A DNA stretch of 64,000 nucleotides. It comes from Thermoplasmatota archaeon. GTDB lineage: Archaea; Thermoplasmatota; SW-10-69-26; JACQPN01; JAJPHT01. A model generated the notes under the pieces. It was not told the DNA's origin and did not search any database. It saw nothing but the letters and a program-made list of their open reading frames with translations. Below, in pieces: positions 35,601-45,900 of this stretch. The stretch is from assembly GCA_035526585.1 (NCBI GenBank), contig DATLCC010000027.1:2660-66659 (forward strand), written 5' to 3'. Position 1 is the first letter of the stretch; every line of letters starts with the position of its first letter. Made by a program: the position numbers and the translations under genes.

Positions 35601-36911
35601 CGACTCGGGGCAGAGGCGGAAGTAGCCCGCGTCGTCCTGGATGAAGCTGAAGAAGTCGACGCCGCTCGCCGCGCCCGTGAGGGAGGGCACGGGGTGCGAC
35701 ACGAACGGGCGCGCCTGGCTGGGCTCGGGCGAGTCGCGCTCGCCCACGCCGTCCATCGACACGAGGAACTTGCCGGTGCCCAGGAGCAGGGCGACGCTGC
35801 CCGCGGGGACCAGCACCTGCGCGGTGGGGGCCGCGTTCGTGAGCGTGACGCCTCCCGGGCAGTTGCCGGGCGCACCGTTGACGCAGACCGAGACCGTGCC
35901 GGGGCCCGCCTTCTCGACGCGGAAGCGCTGCTGGCCGTTGAAGTCCGCGAACGACGCGACGACCTGGAACGCGTCGTCCGCGAAGCTGCCGCTCATGCCC
36001 GGCACGTAGCCGCCGGGGGACCAGTCGGCCGAGGTGTCGCCGATCGCGTAGACGGCGATCGGGTGGTCCCCTTCGATCTTGTAGGGACGGTTCGTGGGGA
36101 CCGTGACGACCTGGGTGGAGCCGGGCTGGAGGAGGAACGGGTTCGCGAACTGCGGCGTCGCGGGGACGAGCGTGAAGCCGAGGTCGTACGTGGAGACGCG
36201 CACGCTCGTGGGCGCGCTCGTCAAGGCGCGCACGACGAGCGTGTGCTTCTGCGTGGGCTGCTTGGGCTCGTAGCCGAGGTACGTGTTGCCGCGCGTTCCC
36301 CACAGGAAGGCGTCGAGCGGCGACTTCTCCAGGGCGTCGAAGGCGGGGGGCGGCGTCTTCCCGAACTCGAGCGGGTTCGCGTACACGTAGAAGAAGAGCT
36401 TGTCGTGCGGCTTCACGGAGCCGGGGATCTGCCACATCACGGTGCCCGCGGGGTTCTTGTCGGGGCTGAAGTCGCGGTACTTGCCCGTCTCCAGCATCGC
36501 AGGGTAGAAGACGTGGGGCACGGGCCTCGTCGTGGGCCCGTCCTTGGGACCCGTCACGAAGCCGGCGTTGTAGGGCACGACGCGGAGGCTGTCGACGTCG
36601 AGGGTGAACCCCCGCGCGCGCAGCTCGCCGCCCGCCGTCTCGTTGGTCCAGCCCGCCTGCACGAGGAGCGCGCCGAAGTCCAGCTCCGCCATGACGAAGG
36701 GGTCTTGCATGGCGACGTCGAGCTTGTTCTCGACGACGATCGGCACGCGCAGCGCCCAGCCTTGTGTGGGCTGCGCGCGGTCGCTTGGGCCCCACCAGGG
36801 GTCGCTCACGCTCTGCGCAGGAGCGAAGGGGAGGAGCGGGAGAAGGAACAGGAGCGCGAAGGCTACCGCTAGGCACAGCCTCTGGACGCCCCGGCCCCCC
36901 CGAACGCTCAC
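32640..36911 (-). CDS. giant envelope protein C (1423 aa): signal peptide, DUF2341-like N-domain, NEW3/CARDB-like repeats, PGF-CTERM-like helix plus basic tail
   Basis: The GTG start forms a GTGA overlap with the upstream stop. The signal is RLCLAVAFALLFLLPLLPFAPAQS. The N-terminal WALRVPIVVENKLDVAMQDPFVMAELDF resembles DUF2341 (recollection). Repeated modules are present, e.g. RYQIVVKNTGSTTDTFALAVEDPRPGWE and VRFNLTTRNKGNDVFTVIF. A terminal CARDB-like module is present (ELILVSATVQNAGGIEAENVSVALVVDG). The protein ends IGVPGPGLFALLAVIALVATTTRLQRGR followed by about 50 more residues. Confidence 0.85.
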   Translation of the reverse strand: MSVRGGRGVQRLCLAVAFALLFLLPLLPFAPAQSVSDPWWGPSDRAQPTQGWALRVPIVVENKLDVAMQDPFVMAELDFGALLVQAGWTNETAGGELRARGFTLDVDSLRVVPYNAGFVTGPKDGPTTRPVPHVFYPAMLETGKYRDFSPDKNPAGTVMWQIPGSVKPHDKLFFYVYANPLEFGKTPPPAFDALEKSPLDAFLWGTRGNTYLGYEPKQPTQKHTLVVRALTSAPTSVRVSTYDLGFTLVPATPQFANPFLLQPGSTQVVTVPTNRPYKIEGDHPIAVYAIGDTSADWSPGGYVPGMSGSFADDAFQVVASFADFNGQQRFRVEKAGPGTVSVCVNGAPGNCPGGVTLTNAAPTAQVLVPAGSVALLLGTGKFLVSMDGVGERDSPEPSQARPFVSHPVPSLTGAASGVDFFSFIQDDAGYFRLCPESNATVRVLNYESGSLQIYPEGLLPNAPGKELEKRQGCEEVAVQKSVSPQPLYEFYTTPDARSDPPAPPAAFRLFVGAREREMGDPTKNVTRPMIGPYAGLAGIDYYVDTKDSQGVGIFGHYNNTKLTIVTEHDRNGELNYTTQVRSLQRDEFVSLREPTGDLTGQVHLLSTKPISAVSLSPAEFFTEDSVTRERLPHGIGYSYYPPGRPVPIDATIGRAEFRGPLVEIRSPQTEQRSLPLSTGPGSPLSVRLDVLNLGRWVAGEGLTDTIEVACSTPEGWTVEGCAKEFTLTSGSSERLNVVVTPSAEDVNKSRTILVEARSKAGGVAATFKISVYVKIAYGVGMWFDVEGGRKTIDPPIGLDPGAEHRYQIVVKNTGSTTDTFALAVEDPRPGWEQALLLDDEPVTSLRLDGGESTTLTFRVKAPNAETAPQNIVSITARSAASALAADVVNTATRIRPKVDLELNLDPQTRLAEPNETVRFNLTTRNKGNDVFTVIFHEDSILPKGWRADLSVGEITLNPNPANDPNLSYVLHVDVTPPPGARAGDLASVKIAAEIDTGGTGGRVAGDEVSAVVVVRRIYDLATAPVFDPEAEPGEVLHFVLPVTNRGNGQVAVELLAGATEVKRGADAPAGASSVTPAWPVTLESEGFTLEVNDSADLPLRIDVPAGTPPGAYNLTFTTRLSREALQNVSIPVNVKAVSRVDFGGPKSVGLTPGRPIALSYHVKNVGNVEGTFDLTAQAPEGWNATFAPTRAHLAPGEAVDALLSLNATKDAPDGAVRVELHAAVAGAAAGGAPLDVNVARPQLSLASVTGSGSLKAGELILVSATVQNAGGIEAENVSVALVVDGRTVDKVQLSRIPVGSSALATLSWVSTQRGGDVKVVLDPDNEMSLSDRSASEQGVHFGSKIGVPGPGLFALLAVIALVATTTRLQRGRSAARRRRAAVRPGHPSAERSEAPKDAFGTSSAPALRLAARSASGQRERDER

Positions 36912-39900
36912 CTTCGCTGCCTCCGGGACCCGTTCCTCAGGGTCACGAGCGCGCAGGCGACGAGGGCGACCGCCAGGATGGCGGAGAGATCGGGCGCGGG
37001 CGTCTTGGCCCGACCCGCGGCGACGCCACCGGGCGCGATGTCGGAACCGACGGTCGCGAGGGCGCTCACGGCGTTGTCGGCGCGGTCGGACTCGACGGTG
37101 TCGCTGTACGGGTCCACGACGGCGGTGAGCGTGTGCGCACCGGCGAGCGCGGTCCAGTTGAACGTCACGTCGGAGCGGGAGCCGCTCGCGATCGCGGGCA
37201 CGGTCACCTCATCGACGAAGACGTCGTCGACGAAGAGGTGCACCGGCACGTCCTTGACCTCGCTGAGGCCGCGGTTCGCGACGGAGACCTTCACCGTGAC
37301 GCGGTCGCCCGTCTCGAGGCCCGCGCGGGGCGAGAACTCGAGGGGCGCAAGGCGCAGGTCCTGGCGCACGATGGGGACTTTGAGCGACTGCACGTTCGCG
37401 CGTCCTTCCTGCGTCTGCGGCGACACGCCCTCGAAGAACGTGTAGCCGGCGATGGCGTACGTGCCCGCCTCGACGCTCGCGTTGGGCTTCACGATGAGCT
37501 GCGCGACGGCCTTGCCGCCCGGCGGCAGGTCGAAGCTCGACGGGGACACGCGCAGCTCGATGCCCGCGGGCGCGTCCACGAGGAGCACCTCGAAGGGCTG
37601 CTGCACGTTGCCCTTGTTCTCCACCACGATGGGCATGGTGAGGGCGCCGTGGTCCGCCTTGGGGACCGCGTCCGTGACGCTCACGCCCGCGGCGCGCATG
37701 GGCAGCACGCTCGTGCGCGCGAGCCCGTCGCGCTTGTCGCCGTTGGGGAGCGTGGCCTTCACGGCGAGGACGCGCTCGCCCGGCGACGTCGTCGGCGGGA
37801 CGTGGAGGTGGAGATCGAGCGTCGTCTTCCCGTGCGCGGGGACGCTCACGTTCGCGGGCATCGCCTCGTCGGCGCTCCAGCCTGCCGGTAGGCGCACGAA
37901 GACGCTCCACGGCTCGAGGCTGTTGCCTTCGTTCACGAGCTCCACGGGGAGGACGAACCCGGGCGGCGCTCCGACGCCGAGGCCTCCGGCGATGCTGCCT
38001 CCGTAGGAGGCGTTCACGCGCATCGCGCCGCGACCCGAGGCCACCTTCATGGGGTTCTCGCGTGCGACCGCGTCGATGCTCATGAACTGTTCGCCGGCGA
38101 CGGCTTCGGCAGCGAGGACGAGGCGCGCCTTGTCCGAGTACGTCTCGCCCGCGCGCAGGAAGAAGCCCTCCCTGGGGAGCGCGAGGTGGGTGCCTTCGGG
38201 GGCGTGGGCCACGAGCAGGAGATCCTCGCCCGCGTTCCCGGCGTTGCGGATGCTGAAGGGGACCTCGATCGTCGTGCCCGGCTCGAGGATGGCGGTGACG
38301 TCAGGGATCTGGATGTCGATCTCGTACCCCTTCACCGTGAGCAGCGTGACGCCCGTGCCAGGGTAGCGGTTGTTCGCCGTGGAGAGCTCGACCTGCTCGC
38401 TCCTCACGAGGAACTCGATCTCGTGCTCGCCCTTCTGCGCGAGCCAGTTGAACGTCACGATCGCCTCGGATCCTGGCGCGATGTAGGGGATCGTCTTGGG
38501 CGGGAGCGAGAGCGCGCCGATGAACGCGCGCACGTCGACGTTCGTCGCGCCCGCGCGGCCGTTGTTCGCGACCTTGAGCTCGAAGCTCACGAGCTCGCCG
38601 GCCGTGACCTCGTAGCGCGCGACGTCCGCGTCGATCGCGGGCGACACGACGCCGCCCGCTGCGTTGCGCAGCGACAGCGCGCTCACGTTGGCCACGTGGA
38701 GGTCCGGGATCAGGAGGTCGCTCACGGGCACGTGCAGCGTCACGACGTTGTTGCTGCGCGTGTACTCCTGGTAGTGGCCGTCCGGGTCGACGGTGATCGT
38801 GAGCGTGTGCATGCCCAGGCTCCCGGTCTCCGGGTGCCACGCGAAGTCGAGGATGCGCGACGAGCCGTCCGGATCGAGCGCGTAGGGGGGCAGCGGGTCG
38901 AGGTCGCGGTCGGCGACGATCGAGCCGCCCGGCCACGTGTCCACGATGCGCACGAGGACGCTCTTGCTCTCGACCACGCCCAGGTTCTGGATCGTGATCG
39001 GGATGAACGCCTCGGTGCCTTCCTGCACGAGGGCCGTGGGCGCTTCCGCCTGCACGGCGAGCTCCGCCCATTCGCGCGGGGCGAAGGCGATGTCGATCGT
39101 CGAGAGGCCGCCCGCGTTGCGGTCCGTGAGGCTGCGCGCCGCGAGGCGGACCTTGAAGTCCGTCGGGAGCAGGCTCGGGTCGCGAGGCAGCGTGATCGTG
39201 CCGTCCACGATGCGCCGCTCGCCGGGCACGAGGACGAACGCGTCCGAGTCGACCGCGACCGACCCCTGCGGCGCGGAGGAGTTCAGCGCGTCGTATTCGA
39301 GGCGCTCCGTGTCCGCGACGGAGCCGCGGTTCTCGACGACGACGTGGAACGTCTTCGTCGTGTTGTCGAGGAGCGTCGCGCGCTGCACGCTCATCGGGCG
39401 CACCGAGAGCGCGACCGGGCTCACCGACATGTCGTCGATGAGGATGCCCTGGCCGAGGCCGCGGCTGAGCGGACCCACCGTGAAGGGGCCGGCGAAGACC
39501 TCGATCTCGAAGCGCACGGTGTTGCCCACGAGCGAGAAGCTCTTCGCGCGGTTCGTCGTCTGCACGCAGCTTTGCGCGAGGTCGAAGGAGGCGAGCGACC
39601 AGCTCTCCTCCCACCGGCCATCCTTGGTGATGAAGAACTCAGGGTACGACTCGTTCACCGTCCGGTTCTGGGGCGGGTTGAAGCTGAACAGCGGGTTCGG
39701 GTCGGAAGGAGGCGTCTGCGCCTGCGGGCCCTGTCCTTGCGCCGCCTGGACCGGGATCTGGCGGATGATGCCCTCGTATCCGCCCGTGGGCACGAGCACG
39801 CACGGGGGCGACCAGGAGCTGAAGGAGCCGGGCTGGTTCTCGTTGAGGAGCTTCCGCGCGACGACGCGCGCGCCGTCGTAGCGCGCGAGGCGGTCCATGT

Positions 39901-42900
39901 GGTAGAAGCTCAGGAACGCCGGGTTGGACGCGCTGAAGTTGTGGAGGTCGATCGGCTCCGTGACGGCGCGGCACGAGTCCGTGTCCGAGCAGACGAACGC
40001 GTACGTGTTCCCGTTGATCTGCGTGTCGTTGTCGTCGATGCCGACGACGATCGAGCCGGGCGCGTCGTGTCCGCGCAGGTACTGGAACTTCGTGTTCGGG
40101 CTGCGGCTGAAGTTCTCGGTGAACGCGCGGTTCTCGTCGAACGTCTGCGACCAGACGACCGGCGTGACGCCCACCTGGACGCCCGTCGATCGGTCCGTGA
40201 AGTTCAGGCTCGCCTTGCCCGAGGTCGCGCTGCCGTTCAGGGCGAAGCGGAGGAATCCGTTCGCGCTCGGCGTGACGCGGAAGACGAGCGTCGTCGTCTC
40301 CTTGGGCGCGAGGATCGTCGCGCCCGAGACGAGGGGGCACGGGTAGCTCGCGGCGACGATGGGCGTGTCCGTGTCCCCGCCGAGGTTGTGGTTCGCGGGG
40401 AGATAGCCCGTCACGGTCTGCGCCTTGCACGCGAGCGAGAGCGTCGCCGGCGCGTAGCCGTCGTTGCGGTACGAGGCCTCGAGGTCGACCGGCTCGCCAA
40501 GCGTAGGCGTCGGGTCGCGGACGACGGTCGTCGTCGCGACGACCTCGGGGAGCGTCTGCAGGCGGAAGACCACGTCGCGCGTGAGGAGCCCCTGCACGTC
40601 GTTGTCCGTGATCGTGAGGAAGTCCTGCGAGTTCACCGAGTAGCGCTTCACCTCGAAGTGGAGCGTCGTCGTGGGGTCGATGGACGAGAACGTCCTCGGC
40701 GTGTGCACGTACAGGTCGATGGTCTTCGATTGGCCCGGACCCAGCGTGATGCCTTCGATCTGGAAGCGGTCCGGGGCGAGCGCACGCGCGGAGGGCGCTT
40801 GTGGCGCCTCGAACGTGAGCGGCGTGTCGTCCATCGTGATCACGCGGACGGAGAGGTTCGTCTGCACGTCCTCGCCGAGGTTGCGCAGCGTGACGGGGAT
40901 CTTCACGACCGAGTCGGGCATCGCGCCGAACGCGTGCGGCGTCTCGTCGACGAAGAGGCCCACGTTCCTGCGGTAGCGCGAGCCGTAGACGCCGATGTCG
41001 TCGAACTGCCACGCGCCTTCGTCGACGTTCGCGTCCGTGCCGGCGCGCCAGCGCAGCTGCACGGGCTCGCCGACGATGACCTTGCCCACGATGGCGACGT
41101 CGGTGATCCACCAGCCGCCGTGCGCGAGGCCGTCGCCGTTGGCGTCCGGGTAGCGCAGCGGAGGACGGTTGACGAAGTCCTCGCTCCACGCGATGTGGAA
41201 GCCGACTCGGACCTTCTTGCCGATGTACTCGCTCACGTCGTAGCTCGCGTCCCTCCATCCATTCGAGCTGCCGGAGTAGAGCGCCTGATAGCGTTCTCCC
41301 GTGGACGAGACGAGCGTCTCGAAGGGCGGGTCGTAGCGGAAGACGCCCGCGCTGCGCTTCGAGTAGTTCGCCGTGACCGCGTTGTATCCGCCCTGCGAGG
41401 CGTAGATCTGCTTCCACGGGCCCCAGGTCTTCGTCTGCGAGTCGTACGTCTGGATCTCGACGACGCCTCCCGACGCGAGGGGCGTGCTGCCGAGGACCGA
41501 GAGGCTGCCGAAGGCGAAGCGGTGTCCGAAGCTCAGCCGCGCGTCCGTGCCGGCGATCGCGCCGAGGTCGAAGGCGGGCGTGACGAGCCGGCTCTCGGAG
41601 CCTGGCACCGGGCACGCGACGCTGTTCGCGAAGAAGACGTCCGTCGCGTTGAGCGCGCCGCACTTGTGGTAGATCGCTTCGCCCGTGGAGTTGGCATTGA
41701 GGGGCAGCTCGCCGCTCCACCAGGCCTTGGGCTCCTCGCCCGTCTTGAGCTTCACGCCGGGCGCGTGACCTGCGCCGTCCTTGACGGGCACGACGCCCCA
41801 GCCGCCCTCGACGCTCGGGAGCTCGGTGACGAGCGCCCAGTTGCGGCCGACGGTCTCGGCGGGGATGAGCGGGTCGGCGCGGTTGAAGACGGTGTTGCTC
41901 GTCATGCAGCCCAGCGCGTTCAGCGTCGCGCCCTGCCAGTAGTTGGGCTCGGGCGTGCCGCCGGTGCCGCATTCGCTGACGTGCTTCTCGCTCCAGGCGC
42001 GCGTCTCGTCCATGAGGATCGTAGGCTGGCCGAGGGGCTGGCCGCGAACGATGCGCGTGGCGCGGATGTCGAGCGCGTCGATCGCGAAGCCTGGGTCGTC
42101 ATGGTAGAAGCCGGCGCCCGTGTATTCGCCGCCGATGGCGCTGTCGCGCGAGCGCATGGCGACGTCGAGGTCCGCGGGCCAGGAGCTCGGGTATTTCGCG
42201 ATGGGCGTGTAGGCGAAGCCCATCGTGATCCTGTCGTGGCCCTTGGCGCGCATCGTCGCGACCTCCTTCGTGAGGTCGGCGTGCATGTGGTACCACTTGC
42301 CGCGCGTCTCGACGATCTCCGGGTTGCCGAGGTTGAAGCGGTACGTCTGCGGGATCTCGTTGCCCGACGCGAACGTGTACGCGGTCTCGAGCTCATCGGG
42401 CCACACGTGGCCGGGGATGTCGCCAAAGCCCGCGCGGCTCATCGAGACGACGCGCTTGTTGAAGCGCGACGCGTACTCCCACCAGTCGGCCGTGACGACC
42501 TGGTCGGTCGTGACGGTGGAGACGTCCACCTCGAACTCGAGGAGGTGGTTCTGGATCGGCCGCTTGCCGTCGTCGTCGAGGCTCGTGGAGCCGGACCACA
42601 GGATCGTGTTCTTCTCCTCGCCGGGCGCGGGCTTCCCTGGGCCGACGCGCGTTCCCTCGCTCAGGTTCTCGACGAGCCAGCAGCGGTCGGCGTCGATGGT
42701 GCCGGGGCACCAGCTCTCCGAGTAGTGCGCGTTGCCGCGTTGCTTGTCGGCCTTCGCGTAGTTGCCAAGCTCGAGCGCGCCGTACGCCTCGTACTCGACC
42801 GCATCCTCCGTGATGTCGTCGAGGCCCGTGAGGTCGAACTGGGAGAGGACCCAGCCGTCGACGCTCGCGGGGTGGCGCGAGGAGTTGGACGTGAAGGCGT

Positions 42901-45900
42901 AGACGCCGGGCGTGTCGGGGTCGCGATCCGGGTGGAGCGGCGAGCTCGCCTGGACGGGGAAGGACGCGTTGTAGCCCGCGGTCGTCTCCGAGTCCGGCAT
43001 CGGCGTGAGCCGCTTCCACGTCTGGCCTCCATCCGCGCTCGCTTCGAGCATGCCGCCGTCGAAGCCGTCCTCGAAGCGGTACTTGTGGAAGAACGCGACG
43101 CTCGCGGTGCGGGCGCTGCCGAGGTCCACCGTGGGGGAGACGAGGCTGGCGTTCGCGCTCGCGGGGTAGCGGCCCACGAGCGGCTCGCCGAAGGCGTACG
43201 AGTCGGTGGAGCGGAAGCCGGGCTGCGTCGCGTTCCAGCCTGGGCCGAAGACCCACGCGCCGCGCTGCGCCTCGCCGCGCACGCCGCCTTCGACGTCGTC
43301 GAAGAGGTACGTCGCGAAGGCGCTCACGCGGCGGTCGAGGCCGCTCTGCAGCGTGTCGGTCTGGGCGGAGACGGACACGAGGTAGTTCGCGCGCTCGGGC
43401 GCCTTCCAGAAGAGGTCGGCGGTCGGGCTCACGTCGTCGGAGATCGCCGTGAGCGCCGTGCGGGCGCCCGCGGGGGCGGCGCGCGCGGTGGTCCACTCGC
43501 GGCAGTCGACGATCGCGCTCGGGCGGCCGCTCGCGACGAGGTCGCGCCAGTGCGCGCACGTCGGCGCGTCGGCGCCCGCGTCGCGACCGATCATGCTGAT
43601 GCGGCGCTCGACGTGGATGCCGCTCACGGGCACGTTGCCCGTGTTGTTGATGAACATCGGGATGTAGCGCGTGATGTCGATCGTCGCGTTCTCGGGGCTC
43701 ACGAGGAACTCGGTGTCGAAGCGGCGCACGGTCTGCGCGGGGACGGGGATCGCGGCCGTGCCGATGTGCGCGGCGTTGTCGAGCCAGTCCTCGTCGCGGT
43801 CGATCCCGATCGGGTCGACGGTGAACTCGAGGACGTACTGCGCGCCTTCCTGGGCGGGCACGTTCCACGCGAGCGTGTGGTTCGCGCTCTTGCCGGCTTC
43901 CAGGAGCGGCTGCTGGGAGAGCGTGATCGTCTCGACGGGCACGCTGATGCCGAGCGCGCGGTCCACGACCTGGCTCACGCGGAGGCGGCCGCCGTAGCCG
44001 AGCGCGTCGAACGTGCCGTTGTTGAGGACCGTGACGTTCACGGGCACGCGCGTGCCGGGGCCGACGCCGATGGTGCCGACGTCGTAGCCGACGCGGAACG
44101 TCATGTTGTTGGCTTCGAGGTCGATGCCGAGCTTGCGCGCGCCGAGGACCTTGAAGTCGGTGATGTACCAGCCTTCGCCGGGGAAGCTGAGGCGCGAGGC
44201 TTCGGGGTCGACGCTCGCGTTCCAGCTCGGGGGGTCGTCGTTGTAGGTGCCGGCAGACGCGAGGACGCCGACCGGGGGCGCGACGTGCCCGCGGTCTCCC
44301 GCCGTGACGAGGTGGAAGGAGACGCGCACCTGGCGACCGGAAAGGTTCGTCGGGACGCAGGGGATGCTCTTCCCCTTCGTGAGGATGTCGTTGAGCTGTG
44401 TCGTCGTGCACGAGACGTTCGCGAAGGTGATCTGCTCCTCGTCGTACGTGTCCGTGCGGCGGGGCCCGCTGATGACGCCTTCCTCGTCGGGGAGCGCCAT
44501 GCGGCCCCAGTAGGAGCGGTTCTCGGCGATGAGGCCCGTGTCTCCGGCGTTGGGCGATCCCGTCGCGAGCCCCACGAAGCCGAGGTCGGTCTTCTGCGGG
44601 TACCCCTGGTCGGGGACGACCGGGTAGAACGGTGACCAGCCGCACGTCGTCGCCTGGAGCGAGGATCCGCAGTCCTGCCCCTGGAGCAGGTACTGGATCT
44701 CGACGACGCCGCCGTCGCCCAGGTGCACGTTGAACGGGCTGCTCTTGTCGAGGAGCGTGCGGAAGGCGTACGAGTGGCGGAAGCTCACGGCGGGATCGTA
44801 CGCGTCGCGCAGGTCGATGATCGGCGAGACGAGGCGCGAGTCGAGGTTGTTCATGAGGCGCGGAGCGGTCGGCGACGAGAGCGCGGGCGTGCGGTACATC
44901 TCGTTGTTCGCCGCGAAGACCGGGCGGTCCGCGTACTGCTCCGTCACGTGCCAGGGCGACACGCTCGCCGCGTCGAAGGCGGGGCCGGGCCACATCTCCC
45001 AGCGGCGCGTCTGGTCGCGGGCGATGTCGATGGCGGCGTCGCCCGCGCTCGCGGCGGCCGAGACATCGTGCTCGAGGAACGTGCCGGCGTCGACCGTGAA
45101 GACGTCGGCGGCGTGGTAGGCGGGATCCGGGCCGCGCCATTCGAGGACGTCGACCCACTTGCCAGCGACGAGGCCCATGAGGTGGAAGTCGTCCAGCGCG
45201 TAGCGCGCGTTCTTGCTCACGAAGAACTCGAGGCCGGCGAAGGTCGTCGGGCCGGGGGTGGCGACACCCAGCGTCGCCGAGGAGGCCGGCGGGAGGCCGT
45301 CGTAGAAGCGCGCGTCCCAGCCGCTGAGGTTCGTCGGCGCGGCGAAGCTCGCGACGGTGTGGCGGACGCGCTCCGCGTTGCAGACCGTGCTCACGCCGAG
45401 GTCGGGCGACTGCGAGGCGGGACGGCAAGCTGCGCCCGACTGGTTGACGTTCTGCGACGCCACGGCGGGAACGACGGGCACGTGGAGGTAGACGAGGCGC
45501 ACGTCCACCGGGGCGAAGGCGCTCGCGTTGCGGATGCTCTGGTTGAAGAAGAGGCGGAACTCGGTGGAGTCGTTCGCGGCGTCGCGGCCCGCGCCCACCG
45601 GCTTCGCCATGAAGGCGACGCTCTCCGAGGCGGCCGAGATCGCGGTGCTGGCGACGGTCTGCAGGATGCCGCCGTCGTGCGCCGCGAGCGGCGCGACCGT
45701 GGTCCACCCTTCGTCGTTCGGGTATCCGCCGCGGTACGCGCGCTGGAGCACGAGGCCGCCCTGGCCGAGAAGGAAGCTCGCGTCGGATCCGCCGACGCCC
45801 AGGAGCACCTTCGCGGGGTGGACGGCGGAGACGCCGAAGACCGGCGGGAGGGCGAGCTCGGGGTAGGACCAGTCGCGTTCGTACGCGTCGCAGGCGCGGC